A stretch of 64,000 nucleotides of DNA, from NCBI GenBank assembly GCA_038231135.1, contig JBBRLX010000019.1, positions 1 to 64,000 on the forward strand, written 5' to 3'. Of the stretch, positions 21,301-29,035 are shown piece by piece. How positions within the stretch are numbered: position 1 is the first letter of the stretch; every line of letters begins with the position of its first letter. The stretch is from Candidatus Eiseniibacteriota bacterium (GTDB lineage: Bacteria; Eisenbacteria; RBG-16-71-46). The notes beneath the pieces are model-generated. The model was given only the letters and a program-made list of their open reading frames with translations, did not search any database and had not been told where the DNA came from. A program made the translations under genes and the position numbers.

Positions 21301-24300
21301 GTGGTGGAACGGTCCAGCCAGGTGATCTGGACCTTGTCGCGGTAGGTGTTGTCGGTGGCCGACACCGCGCCCGGCGACTCGACCGGCGCCGGGAACGGGT
21401 ACGGCGCGGTCTCGACGTAGCTCTGGACGTTGTCGTTGGAGCCGCTCGGATCGCCGGCGGCCAGGTACTGGTCCAGCACCCGGACGGCCCATCCCCGGAG
21501 ACTCGGGGTCTGGATGCAGCGGAAGCAGCCCTGAGGCCCGCCCAGCACTTCCTGCCGGGTCCACGAGCTGCCGGAACGCGTGTAGAGATACACCGCGCCG
21601 CGCGTGGTGTTATCGCGTGGGGCGCCCACCAGGATCCGCTCGTCACGAATCGACACCGACTGTCCGAACGCGCAGTCCGGCGCGTTGCGTTCGGGATCCA
21701 GCGTGGCGTTCAGCGTCCACGTGCCACCCGCATCCCGCTCGAATACGTACGCCCTGCCGGCGACGCCGTCCGCGTGCGAACCCACCACCGCCCAACCGTC
21801 ATGGAGATCCACGGCGAATCCAAAGCCCGCATCGGGAGCTGTCGGCTGCAGTGTCTGGACCACGGTCCATCCGCCCAGGGTAGCGCGCGTGCACACGCGC
21901 ACCGAGCCGTTGCCGCCCAGCAGCGCGGTGGTGCCCGAGATCGCGACCGACCGCGCCACGCCGGGCACCGTCGTGCTCGGCGTCCAGCCCGCCTCCCAGA
22001 ACGCGGCTCCCGCGTTCGGGGTTCCCACCACCGCGTAGTTACCGTCGATGTCCACCGCGACCTCGCTCGGCCCAGCCCCGGTGGTGCTCACGGTGACGCG
22101 CTGATCCGCCTGCCACCCCACCCCATCCACCCGATGCGCGAAGGCGACCATGTCCGCCGAACCCAGTTTGTAGGTGGCGAGCGTCCAGTCGCCGCTGGTC
22201 GCAACCTGCTGTCCGAGGTACTTCGCGGTGAAGCTGTCCGCTTCGAGGTCGAGCGAGCTGCCAACGGTGTTGAAGGCCAAAAACTGCGTATCGAAGATCA
22301 TCACCGCCCCGCGATCCACAACGTTCGGATTCGGGGCGCCGCCGAAGTAGTTGCGGAACGGCGCGCCGACGCTCAGCCAGCGGCTCTGCCCACCCACGGA
22401 ATACCCGAAGTTGTCGAAAGCGGAGTTGAAGATGATTCCCGGCGTGGTCGTGAAGTGGAACGGGTTGGTGTCGCCGGTAGGCGCCGTGGTCTGCCCCGCG
22501 TCGCACACCGGGTCCGAGGCGTTCGCGCCGGACACCGACTGCACGCAATACGTGTACTGAGTGCCGAACGTCGCCGTCGGGTCGCTGAACGACGTTGCGT
22601 TCGGGGGCTCGTTGCCGATCACCACGCCATCGCGCGAGATGCGATAGCCCGTCTCGAGCGACGACTGGTCGATCCACGCCACCTGCACTCGATTGTCATA
22701 CGACTCCGACGCGCTGACGCCGAGCGGCGGCAGCAGCGTGGTGTGGCCCTGGTCCTTGCCTGCCGGCGACGACCCCAGCCTGACGCCGTCCAGCGAATCC
22801 ACCGCGAGCACCGAGTACTCGTAGTGGACGCCGAACGTGATGGACAGGTCGACGTAGCGATCGGAGTTGGGCGGCAGCACCGCGACGCGCGACGAATCGT
22901 TGGTCGTGAGATCCCGGCGCCACACCTCGTAGGACTCCTCGTAGCGGGAGTTGTCCACCCACGAGAGCGCGATCTGGTTCTCGAACGCGCCATCGGACGC
23001 CTCGACCGAGGTTGGCACCGCGAGCGTACGGCTACCGGTGTCGGCCGCCGGGTCGGATTCGGTCGTGTCGGACTTGCCCGGGCCGAATACCTGGAACGCG
23101 GTGACCGAGTAGTCGTACGCCTGGCCCGGCACTCCCGTCTTGTCGTCGTACCCGGAGGCGTTCGATGGCCGCGTCGCGATCCGCTGCAGCGGATCGGTGG
23201 TCCCCGCCAGGCGGCGGTATACGAAGTAGCCATCCTCGATCTGCGACTGATCGGTCCAGGTGACGGCGACGCGATCCTCGAAGTCGCCGTCCGACGCCTT
23301 GACCGCCGAAGGGACCGCGATCTTGCGGAAGCCGTTGTCTGTGCTCCTGGCGGACTCGACGCCGAGGCTCGTCACTGCGGTCACGGCATAGGTCGTCGCT
23401 ACGCCGGAGGCGACTCCGTCGTCCGAGTATGCCCTGCGATCGGCACCGACCGAGCGGATGAAGACGCTGCCGCGGTAGATCTTGAACAGCACCGCGGACG
23501 TCGAGCTGCTCTCCCACGTGATGTCGACGTGGCCCTCGAACGTTCCGTCCGTCGCCGCGACCGACGACGGCGCCAGCACGACGGCGCGCGTGCCGTCGTC
23601 GCACACCGGCGCCGAGCGGCCGCCGGAGTTGCTGAACGCCACGACGCAATACGTGTACGTGCGGCCGGGCTCGCCGCCCGGATCGTCGAACGTGGTCGTC
23701 GTGGCCCCGAGGTTCGCCACCAGCGACGAGTCCGTGGTGCCGACCGGCATGCGGTACACGAGGAAACCATCGTTGGTGGTGGAGGTGTCCTGCCAGGCGA
23801 CGTGCACCTTGTCGTCGAACGTGCTGTCGCTCGCGATGACGTGCACCGGCGCCGGGAGGACACCGATGCCGCCGGTGTCGCAGCCGCGCGCGGATTCACG
23901 TGCCGAGCCATCGACGGCGGCGACGCAATACTCGTAGGTCGTTCCCGGGGCGGCCAGCACGTCCTCGAACGTCCGGGTGTTGGGCGGGAGCGTGACCCGC
24001 AGCGCCCCATCGCGGTAGACGCGGTAGTTCACCTCGAGCGCGGTGTTATCCACCCAGGTGACGACGACCTTGCTCGGGTACTGGCCATCCGATGCGGAGA
24101 CCAGCAGCGGTGCCGCGATGAACGCGCTCGAGCCGGAATCGATCCGGGGTGCGGTGGTGTCGCCGGCGGCATCGACCGCCACGAGGCTGTAGGAGTAGGT
24201 CGTACCCGGGGCGGCCGTGCTGTCGTCGAACGCGATGGCGTCGGGAATCGTGACGCCCAGCAGGCTGCCGTTGCGCCGGATCCGGTAGCCGGACTCGACA

Positions 24301-25313
24301 CTCGACCGATCCGACCAGGTGAGCCGGACGAAACCCTCGTACGTCGCGTCCGAGGCGGTGAATTCGGTCGGCCGGAAGATGATCCGGCTGCCGTCGTCGC
24401 AGGCGGCCGCACCCTCGGTGCTGGTCATGTCGAGCACCGTCACGCAGTACGTGTACACGACGCCCGGAACCCCGGAGGTGTCCGAATACAGCGAGTCGTC
24501 CTGCGACGCGACGCGGATCAGCACGTTGGCAGACACCGGCTGGCCGGACACCCGACGGTAGACCTTGTAGAGAAACGGACCGCCGCTCACCGAGGCCCAG
24601 CGAATGTCCGTCCGATCCTCGTAGACGCTATCGGTCGCGCTCACAAACGCGGGCGGATCGATCGCCAGGGTCGAGGCGCCGCGCGGCACGCCGGCCTGGG
24701 CGTCCCGGACGGCCACAGCCTGGAGCACCGCCGCTTCGACGGTCCTGCCGGAGGTCAGCCCGGCGGCGCCGGCCGCGATGCGCCCGGTCTCGTTGTAGCC
24801 CGTCGTCGTACGACCGAATCGCGCGACCGAGCCGCCATCCGCGGCGAGGCTGACCACGCCGTCCGCGATGCTCACCTGCGAGCCGAAGCGATCGCCCACC
24901 GAACTCCTGGGCGCGACTCGCGACGTCAGCGTCCAGGTTCCGGCGACCCGCTCATAGATATAGGCAGCGCCCTTCCAGCCATCGTCCCACGGCGCGCCGA
25001 CGACCAGAGTGTTGCCATCGATCGCCACCGCGCTGCCGAACCGCGCGAACCGGCCGCGCTCCGCCGGCGCCAGCGTCGCATCGAGCACCCAGGCCCGTCC
25101 CGTACGGTGATAGACGTAGGCGACACCCCGATAGCTGTCGCTCGCGGACGCTCCCGCGACGGTCCAATCGCCATCGACAGTCCGGTCGTAGGCGTGCGCG
25201 GCGGGAGCGGGTGCGGCCAGGGCGGGATTCGCGAACGCGAGGCCCGCAACCAGCATTGCGAGCGGGAACCATGCACGTGCAGGAAGCCGTAGGCCGTTGC
25301 CGAGTGAGGGCAC
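15315..25313 (-). CDS. Giant (~3,330 aa) secreted multidomain protein: FG-GAP repeats, nine FN3-like repeats, LamG, Ig-like domains and a T9SS-like C-terminal domain
   Basis: Uninterrupted frame. Start is GTG 25313 after GGAG (alternatives ATG 25325 or 25256). Contains FG..VAI.G..LVVGAP, WHHIA...DDIRVWDHVRT (LamG) and a PNP...GIYFYRM tail. Confidence 0.85.
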   Translation of the reverse strand: MPSLGNGLRLPARAWFPLAMLVAGLAFANPALAAPAPAAHAYDRTVDGDWTVAGASASDSYRGVAYVYHRTGRAWVLDATLAPAERGRFARFGSAVAIDGNTLVVGAPWDDGWKGAAYIYERVAGTWTLTSRVAPRSSVGDRFGSQVSIADGVVSLAADGGSVARFGRTTTGYNETGRIAAGAAGLTSGRTVEAAVLQAVAVRDAQAGVPRGASTLAIDPPAFVSATDSVYEDRTDIRWASVSGGPFLYKVYRRVSGQPVSANVLIRVASQDDSLYSDTSGVPGVVYTYCVTVLDMTSTEGAAACDDGSRIIFRPTEFTASDATYEGFVRLTWSDRSSVESGYRIRRNGSLLGVTIPDAIAFDDSTAAPGTTYSYSLVAVDAAGDTTAPRIDSGSSAFIAAPLLVSASDGQYPSKVVVTWVDNTALEVNYRVYRDGALRVTLPPNTRTFEDVLAAPGTTYEYCVAAVDGSARESARGCDTGGIGVLPAPVHVIASDSTFDDKVHVAWQDTSTTNDGFLVYRMPVGTTDSSLVANLGATTTTFDDPGGEPGRTYTYCVVAFSNSGGRSAPVCDDGTRAVVLAPSSVAATDGTFEGHVDITWESSSTSAVLFKIYRGSVFIRSVGADRRAYSDDGVASGVATTYAVTAVTSLGVESARSTDNGFRKIAVPSAVKASDGDFEDRVAVTWTDQSQIEDGYFVYRRLAGTTDPLQRIATRPSNASGYDDKTGVPGQAYDYSVTAFQVFGPGKSDTTESDPAADTGSRTLAVPTSVEASDGAFENQIALSWVDNSRYEESYEVWRRDLTTNDSSRVAVLPPNSDRYVDLSITFGVHYEYSVLAVDSLDGVRLGSSPAGKDQGHTTLLPPLGVSASESYDNRVQVAWIDQSSLETGYRISRDGVVIGNEPPNATSFSDPTATFGTQYTYCVQSVSGANASDPVCDAGQTTAPTGDTNPFHFTTTPGIIFNSAFDNFGYSVGGQSRWLSVGAPFRNYFGGAPNPNVVDRGAVMIFDTQFLAFNTVGSSLDLEADSFTAKYLGQQVATSGDWTLATYKLGSADMVAFAHRVDGVGWQADQRVTVSTTGAGPSEVAVDIDGNYAVVGTPNAGAAFWEAGWTPSTTVPGVARSVAISGTTALLGGNGSVRVCTRATLGGWTVVQTLQPTAPDAGFGFAVDLHDGWAVVGSHADGVAGRAYVFERDAGGTWTLNATLDPERNAPDCAFGQSVSIRDERILVGAPRDNTTRGAVYLYTRSGSSWTRQEVLGGPQGCFRCIQTPSLRGWAVRVLDQYLAAGDPSGSNDNVQSYVETAPYPFPAPVESPGAVSATDNTYRDKVQITWLDRSTTESGFRVYRDGDLIATVDPNTRIYTDVDAAPGRTYEYCVTAIIDSAARPSGAVSNESVRGCDFGRRPPDGNITGRVATFAGAGVSGANVCLDPAPNRSILFDGSGGNIAVADGGVFGATFTTEFWYRGHAGAAGTLMAYSTAATVDVFAVKNPGNLAISLNGSAAPTGVAIDDGGWHHIAIDWTSASGALHVYKDGLPAYSGIGAAGVTLEGGGALAFGATLAGAMDDIRVWDHVRTQAQIQEFMPEFLAGNESGLVAYWPLNDSQGSGAEELRGNRYGRISGGATWINEAPPMSACAVTDNQGNYVLAKLRYGTSTTFKVIPTIAGHQFTPAFKTITLSTGSPVQNEVGFTDITSFAASGLVSYSNTSCLAANVEIYVDGVLRGSTDGSGHFSVPVPPGDHTLEARQAGHTFSPPIIHLAGVTGDLANLNFLDTTVRHLSGLVAGGCNIPIGTLTLAIESEDRCFSRTITTAAQYDEALPPLKFFVRVTGIVGAPGGPDQADVIRFFDKLGAREVDLSTANYTLDFKYRAPLEVEVSGLPVADPSCPLGVPVIDQMQRFPMTINVFEDYGTLGRCPVDTGTVTVFDEIIDQEKNPVTLVVKNGVAKLQTDNGLKPYETAANTPNIFAGRIDSQGHDRSYQKSLTVVAEAEGEDPVTHIDWVIVTGQRPRTATFTAEADGVPLLILHDPPGDHSFSFVEQESTFCSKISGISQQGSSASVEGKVHFGIEALLGFIYMTPTHVDVTLAGGVTLGFKAKEGNELEICAKTNQEFRTSSDDLFIGRDGDVYMGLAMNLLFAKTDVVRVQGCRVVTSVEIAMGLDKVRSVYNYTDWHIRNTIIPQLSELARLAPSDSAEFNSARTNWQAHLDLNDSLKRVAPLEKNRSFSAGAEYSYSSTVDESKSTNWSFEAFTKAEISEGMEFKIAGNGVETKWSSKFDFSLEREGASTATSSRTTGYTLSDNDIGDVFSVDVKKDVLYGTPIFDLVAGTSSCPWEPWPDPRTGAPRSQPVDGAKLTVEPPVRNSVPIGSPAVFTLNMTNDSQAEGTREYLILPIQESNPGGAVIKIDGQTVPSGLSFFLNAGETRQATMTVERGPNRYFYDDLQIAMVPPCEYELFRNGGPLHLADTVKVSVAFDAPCSDITLLRPEPGWSVAAGTDSLALILTDFQLAISEKDSLVSVGAEYQLAGTDHWLPIGPEIPAASVPLSLSGIPQSVSIKWPMAGIPEGTYAVRAFTRCSGGKGVSGPATGVIDRTPPVVFGTPQPADGTLSFGEDISITYNENIDCASANGTNVTLEALSPTQALDVHATCNGRTLVLTPSTDLSAFEGRTLRATVTGIKDLVGNPSGTRSWTFIVRQGDLAWADASVSQDVGFGSGGRVAMDLINGLNQPVTYALSTLPAWLAADTPPTYTVPAKSRVSVSFQIAAATALGAYDTTVTATATTNPPTTPHSATLNVHVNVLRVPPTWTLDPAGYEHSMTVRARVFVGVGADSSVSPDDILAAFVGNEVRGIAHPLHVSDGWRYFLTVYGRPPAFERIHFQVWDSRTSKTYTATNQTPKFIADSTYGSFAGPLDIFTRTPSPANEQIIPVNAGWTWFSVNRRPSTQDDRTVAAVLSNLVPAAGDLVKAQDGSISMFDATAGWIGTLDTIAVTKSYRMKTTTAGEIRYESTRVLPSGYPIPVKKGWNWIGYTPDDARVVTTALGGLSSATADVLRSQTAFAEFSPSAWAGSLAQMQPGLGYELYRSNPAAGQFTYTDTSPAGPLVAAATPAGGGTAATGASPETPASATGLPGFELDYHAYQYDMVVTAQLTGLSLGPQYQVAALVDGEVRGIAVPVHVAALDRTLLFMMVRSNATRGETVHFQALDRTSGKVYEVQGSVTFEADAVLGSSAHPLALASDGVVIENLSLPVAFDLGASQPNPLLGNGTATLRYALPTAVHVSLELFDVNGRRVRRIVNATQPPGWYDVSIQPRELRGGIYFYRMRAGSFSATRRMVIVR
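22490..24656 (-). repeat. Eight tandem FN3-like coding repeats (~88-100 aa)
   Basis: P..V.A[ST]D..[YF]...V...W.D.S..E.GY..YR...Y.Y.V recurs eight times. A ninth copy lies near 21110-21375. Boundaries are approximate. Confidence 0.8.
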
Positions 25314-25367
25314 AATGGACTCCATATCTGGAAGGGGGACGCAGATCGTCGGCGAGGGGACGACGCG

Positions 25368-25381
25368 TGAAAACGTTTTCA
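25368..25381. promoter_or_regulatory. LacI/GalR-family (cre-like) operator candidate
   Basis: Perfect 14-bp palindrome TGAAAACGTTTTCA with a central CG, ~50 nt upstream of the giant gene start. Confidence 0.6.
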
Positions 25382-25588
25382 TTCCACGAAGTGCGCTCTC
25401 ACGCGTACTTTGCGAGGCGTGTACTGTAAATGTAATCGCGATGTCTTGCATCTGAAAACACCGACGCCCCGAAAAACTGACATCTCGAGCGTTCAAGAGA
25501 TGACTGGGACAAAACCAGCGGAGCCCATCCTCTGAGCTCCTCAATAAAGAGCGCAGGCCCGGCAGGTGACCGCATGTGCAGGGGACGA

Positions 25589-26338
25589 CTACTTCAGATC
25601 CCGGAACGCGCGATATGCGCGTTTCCGCTGACCCATCGCCGCGACCTGCGCCGGGGTGTAGAGGTTCCGCGCGACCTGGCGGCGCAGCCCGCCGAGCGTC
25701 GAGCGCGCCACGCGGCGCGTGAAATAGTTGACGATCCACTTGGGTACGCTGCCGCGCGGATCGATGAACACCAGCGCCACGATCTCGACGCGATCGCCCA
25801 CCTGGGTCATCTGGAACGTGCTCGCGTACACCTTCGACCGCACGAGCCGGGGCAGCGTGTCCGCCCGGGGCGAGTCCACGGACTCGGCGGCGATCGTCAC
25901 CCGGTCGAGGTCGTCGCTCACGGTGATCCGCGCCCGGACGACCGCGGTGCGGTCGGACGCCGGCCACGGCACGTCGACGCGCATGTACTCCGTCTGGTCG
26001 TAGTCGTTGGTGCGCTCGAGTAGCACGCTGCCGCCAAGATTTGCGACCCACTCGCGCCGCCGCGGAATGTCCTCGAGCACCAGTGAGACCTGCTCGATCG
26101 TGCCGGGGATGGTCATCGTGGCCTTGCACGGGACGACGCCCGTGCCGCGGACCGAGCTGCTGTAGAGCGCAATGCCATCGCTCGACGATTCGAGGCGCCA
26201 CGACGGGTCGTCGATCGCGATATGGGGTTGCTGCTGCGGCGCCGGTCCCGGCGACGCGATGCGGGGGAGGAGCAGGCTCGCAAACACGATGGCGAGGCGC
26301 AGCGCACGGCGGGAACGTGGGTGATGCCAGTCCCGCAT
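25589..26338 (-). CDS. START-domain (lipid-binding) protein
   Basis: W.L....DGIALY, VPWPASDR and IDPRGSVPKWIVN motifs; N-terminal signal-like segment. Confidence 0.85.
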   Translation of the reverse strand: MRDWHHPRSRRALRLAIVFASLLLPRIASPGPAPQQQPHIAIDDPSWRLESSSDGIALYSSSVRGTGVVPCKATMTIPGTIEQVSLVLEDIPRRREWVANLGGSVLLERTNDYDQTEYMRVDVPWPASDRTAVVRARITVSDDLDRVTIAAESVDSPRADTLPRLVRSKVYASTFQMTQVGDRVEIVALVFIDPRGSVPKWIVNYFTRRVARSTLGGLRRQVARNLYTPAQVAAMGQRKRAYRAFRDLK

Positions 26339-26350
26339 GCTAGTTCTCCA

Positions 26351-26709
26351 TCACGCCACGAACGGCAGCACCGCCCGGACCTTGCGGCGGTAGGCTTCGT
26401 AGGGCGCTCCGAACGCGGCGACCAGCATGGCGTCCTCGACGTGGATCCGGTAGGCGTACGCCGCAAAGGTAGCGACGATCGAGCCCACGACCACGATCGT
26501 GTTCCCGGATGTCATCGCGATGCCATTGAGGCACAGCAGCGACCCCAGGCAGCCGTGCTGCCGCGATCCGAGGCTCCGGCCGAGTTCGTACGCGCTTTGG
26601 CACCAAAGCGGATCTCGGCTTGAATGCAATAGAGCAGGATCAGGAGCAGACCCGCAGCGCCGTAAGGCGTCAGGGTCAGACCCAGCGAGGCCGCGAAGCG
26701 TTCCAGCAC
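26351..26709 (-). pseudogene. Isoprenylcysteine carboxylmethyltransferase-like membrane protein with an internal deletion/frameshift
   Basis: The N-part ...AEIRFGAKARTNSAGASDRGST joins out of frame near 26555 to HGCLGSLLCLNG...YRIHVEDAMLVAAFGAPYEAYRRKV..LP, the ICMT-type C-terminus. Confidence 0.7.
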
Positions 26710-26722
26710 GGGGGAGGATCTC

Positions 26723-28564
26723 CTATCTCGCGACGACGAGCTTGCGGACGACGGTGTGTCCGCCGGCCGTGAGCCGCGCGAAGTACAGGCCGGGCGCGCC
26801 ACGGCGTCCGCCCGCATCGCGGCCGTCCCAGTTCACCGTGTGATCGCCCGCCGCCAGCTCTGCGCCGACGAGGTCCACGACACGCCGGCCGGCCGGGTCG
26901 AGGATCCCGAGGTCGACTCGTCCGGCCGCGGGCAACGAGAAACGCATGGTGGTGGCATGACGGAACGGGTTGGGCCGCGCCTCCGTCAGCGCCAGCGCGG
27001 AACCCGCGTACTCATTCGCCACGACGGCGGACGTGGCGGCGCCGACTGCGAACAGCGTGGCGTTGTTGATCGCATAGACCTTGCCATCGCGTCCGATCAG
27101 CGTGGGCGTATAGGCCTCACCGATCCCCGGTGTGAGCGTGATGGCCTGGGTGAACGCGTTCGAGCGCAGGTCCCAGCGGTAGAGTCTGCCATCCTCGCTG
27201 TTCGCGAGAACGCTGCCGGTGGCGGAATCGACCACGGCCGAATTGATGCACCATTCCCGAACGGCATCGGGGTACGTGTCGATGTATTCCGGGTCGGGCG
27301 TCACGCCGGCGATCGTGAGGATCTCCTTCATGACCGTCACGCCGGACTGGGCGTCGAGTTGCGTGGCGCCGGGGTCGAGGATGGCGAGCTTGTTGATTCC
27401 GACGCCACCGAACCCGGCGTAGCTGTTGTACTTGGTCATCAACAGATAGCTCGACGCGCCGTGGTACGACGGCACCATGCCGGCTGGCACCACGGACGGC
27501 GTGTCGTCCCAGCCGAACGCGCCGGGGGCCCCGGCAGGCACCAGGTCGGCGTCGAACTGCAGCATCCAGCCGCGGGCGCCGTTCGACGGGAACTGCGCCT
27601 CGAGGACGCCGAAGTACACGTTGCCGTCGGGCGCCACCATCGGGGAGGCCGAGCTGTTGTCGGCCAGGCCCGCATCGCCGCCGCGCGGGTCCCTGAGCGC
27701 GACCTTCGTGATCGCGTGCAAATCCGTCGCGTCGAGGGCGGCAAGGACTCCACTGGACCAGCCACCCCCGCTCAGCGCCACGTACAGCGTCCGGCCATCA
27801 TGGCTGAGCGCGGGTGCGCAGTTCATCTCCACCTGAGTGGCCGCCCCGTCCGAGGCGATGGGGACGGGAACGTAGACCGCGGCGCCGCCGGCATCGATCC
27901 GGGCGATCCCGCTCTGGATGCCGAGCGGGTTGGCGCCCGTGGCGCGGTAGCCGAAGTAGACGTCGCCCGCCGAGTCGGACGTCAGCGGCGTGCAGATCCG
28001 GATGTCGGCGTTGAAGGCGGCGGGGTCGGTGTTGTACGCGCCGATCCCATAGAACGCGCTCCGTGTGAGCGCCGGAGCCCCGGGCCCATCGATATTGTCG
28101 GCGAACAGGAGTGTCCCGCCGGCGCCGGGCATATAGAGACGTCCGTTCGGCGTCAGCGTCGGGCCATAGCTCGGGGTCCAGGAGTACGCGGGCAGCGTGT
28201 AGTCCGAGTCCAACTGCCAGCGCAGCGAACCGTCGCTGCCGTTTCGCACCTCGACGCGGAAGCTGTCGGACGCGCCGGTTTTGACGGGGATCACGAGTGT
28301 ATTGGCCGCGCTGACCAGCGGGGACCCGTAATGGATGTAGAGGGTCGTGCCGCTGTACTGCGGGTGGAGATCGACCGGCGTCTGCCAGACGACGCGGCCG
28401 AGCGCCTGCGACGCGGTCCCCGACAGGGCGGTGTGCTGAGGGTTCATGCCGTAGTCGCCCCACGCCACCTGCCCGCAGGAACTACGGACATGGGTCAGCG
28501 AGCCCAGGAGCACCGTGAAGGCGAGTCCCAGGACAACGCCTGCACGGTGCCGTCTCGAGCCCAT
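26723..28564 (-). CDS. Secreted PQQ-like beta-propeller protein with a FlgD-Ig/T9SS-like C-terminal domain
   Basis: Signal peptide; W..YG.NPQHT, SSPMVAPDG.VYFG and YTPTLIG.DG.VYA blades; PNPF...WDGRD...GLYFARL. Confidence 0.85.
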   Translation of the reverse strand: MGSRRHRAGVVLGLAFTVLLGSLTHVRSSCGQVAWGDYGMNPQHTALSGTASQALGRVVWQTPVDLHPQYSGTTLYIHYGSPLVSAANTLVIPVKTGASDSFRVEVRNGSDGSLRWQLDSDYTLPAYSWTPSYGPTLTPNGRLYMPGAGGTLLFADNIDGPGAPALTRSAFYGIGAYNTDPAAFNADIRICTPLTSDSAGDVYFGYRATGANPLGIQSGIARIDAGGAAVYVPVPIASDGAATQVEMNCAPALSHDGRTLYVALSGGGWSSGVLAALDATDLHAITKVALRDPRGGDAGLADNSSASPMVAPDGNVYFGVLEAQFPSNGARGWMLQFDADLVPAGAPGAFGWDDTPSVVPAGMVPSYHGASSYLLMTKYNSYAGFGGVGINKLAILDPGATQLDAQSGVTVMKEILTIAGVTPDPEYIDTYPDAVREWCINSAVVDSATGSVLANSEDGRLYRWDLRSNAFTQAITLTPGIGEAYTPTLIGRDGKVYAINNATLFAVGAATSAVVANEYAGSALALTEARPNPFRHATTMRFSLPAAGRVDLGILDPAGRRVVDLVGAELAAGDHTVNWDGRDAGGRRGAPGLYFARLTAGGHTVVRKLVVAR

Positions 28565-28625
28565 CGGCCTGAACCTTTCAGCGGCGCAATCGCGGCGTGT
28601 GACTTCGTACCCTGGAGTTCGACGG

Positions 28626-28760
28626 TTACTTGCCCTTCTTGCTGCCGAGCGTGCCCGGAGCCGGGTGCGCCTTGGTGAACGCGTCGGCCTTCTTCTGGGT
28701 CTTCTCGGTTGCGTCCTGTTTCTTCAGCCGCTCTTTCGACTTCGGAGACTTGTCGCCCAT
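28626..28760 (-). CDS. Small basic Lys-rich protein (44 aa)
   Basis: MGDKSPKSKERLKKQDATEKTQKKADAFTKAHPAPGTLGSKKGK, with GC-ending codons and an AGGCGG SD-like sequence upstream. Confidence 0.6.
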   Translation of the reverse strand: MGDKSPKSKERLKKQDATEKTQKKADAFTKAHPAPGTLGSKKGK

Positions 28761-29035
28761 GAAGCACCGCCTGAGGTTCGGGTGGTTGGAGCCCTCGCGA
28801 CCGAACTGCACTCTACCATCTCCCCCGAGTGGCCGATCACACGCGGTGACAGGATTCCCCGTCGCCATGGTGGGCGGCATCCGGCGAAATGCATTGCCGG
28901 ACAGGTATTTGGCCCATAGACTTGTGCTCCAGGGACGGCCGGGCGACTCGGCCGGCAGCCCATAAGACCGGACGGGTGTGCCGCACCAGCGGTTCCTCCA
29001 GCGCCGGCTCACGCCCACCGAAGCCCGGAGAACCG

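Noticed and set aside
20916..25292. Very long antisense and alternate-frame ORFs (e.g. 20916..25292 +, 29009..32179 -, 12787..15372 +, 42847..45030 -)
   Set aside because: Arg/Ala/Gly-rich shadows of real genes in high-GC DNA, with no motifs or RBS.
25326..26201. N-terminal extension of the giant ORF to 3628 aa (likewise 12808..16686, 33238.., 34378.., 34764..)
   Set aside because: The extensions overlap other real genes or intergenic DNA. Signal peptides and RBS or stop/start overlaps mark later starts.
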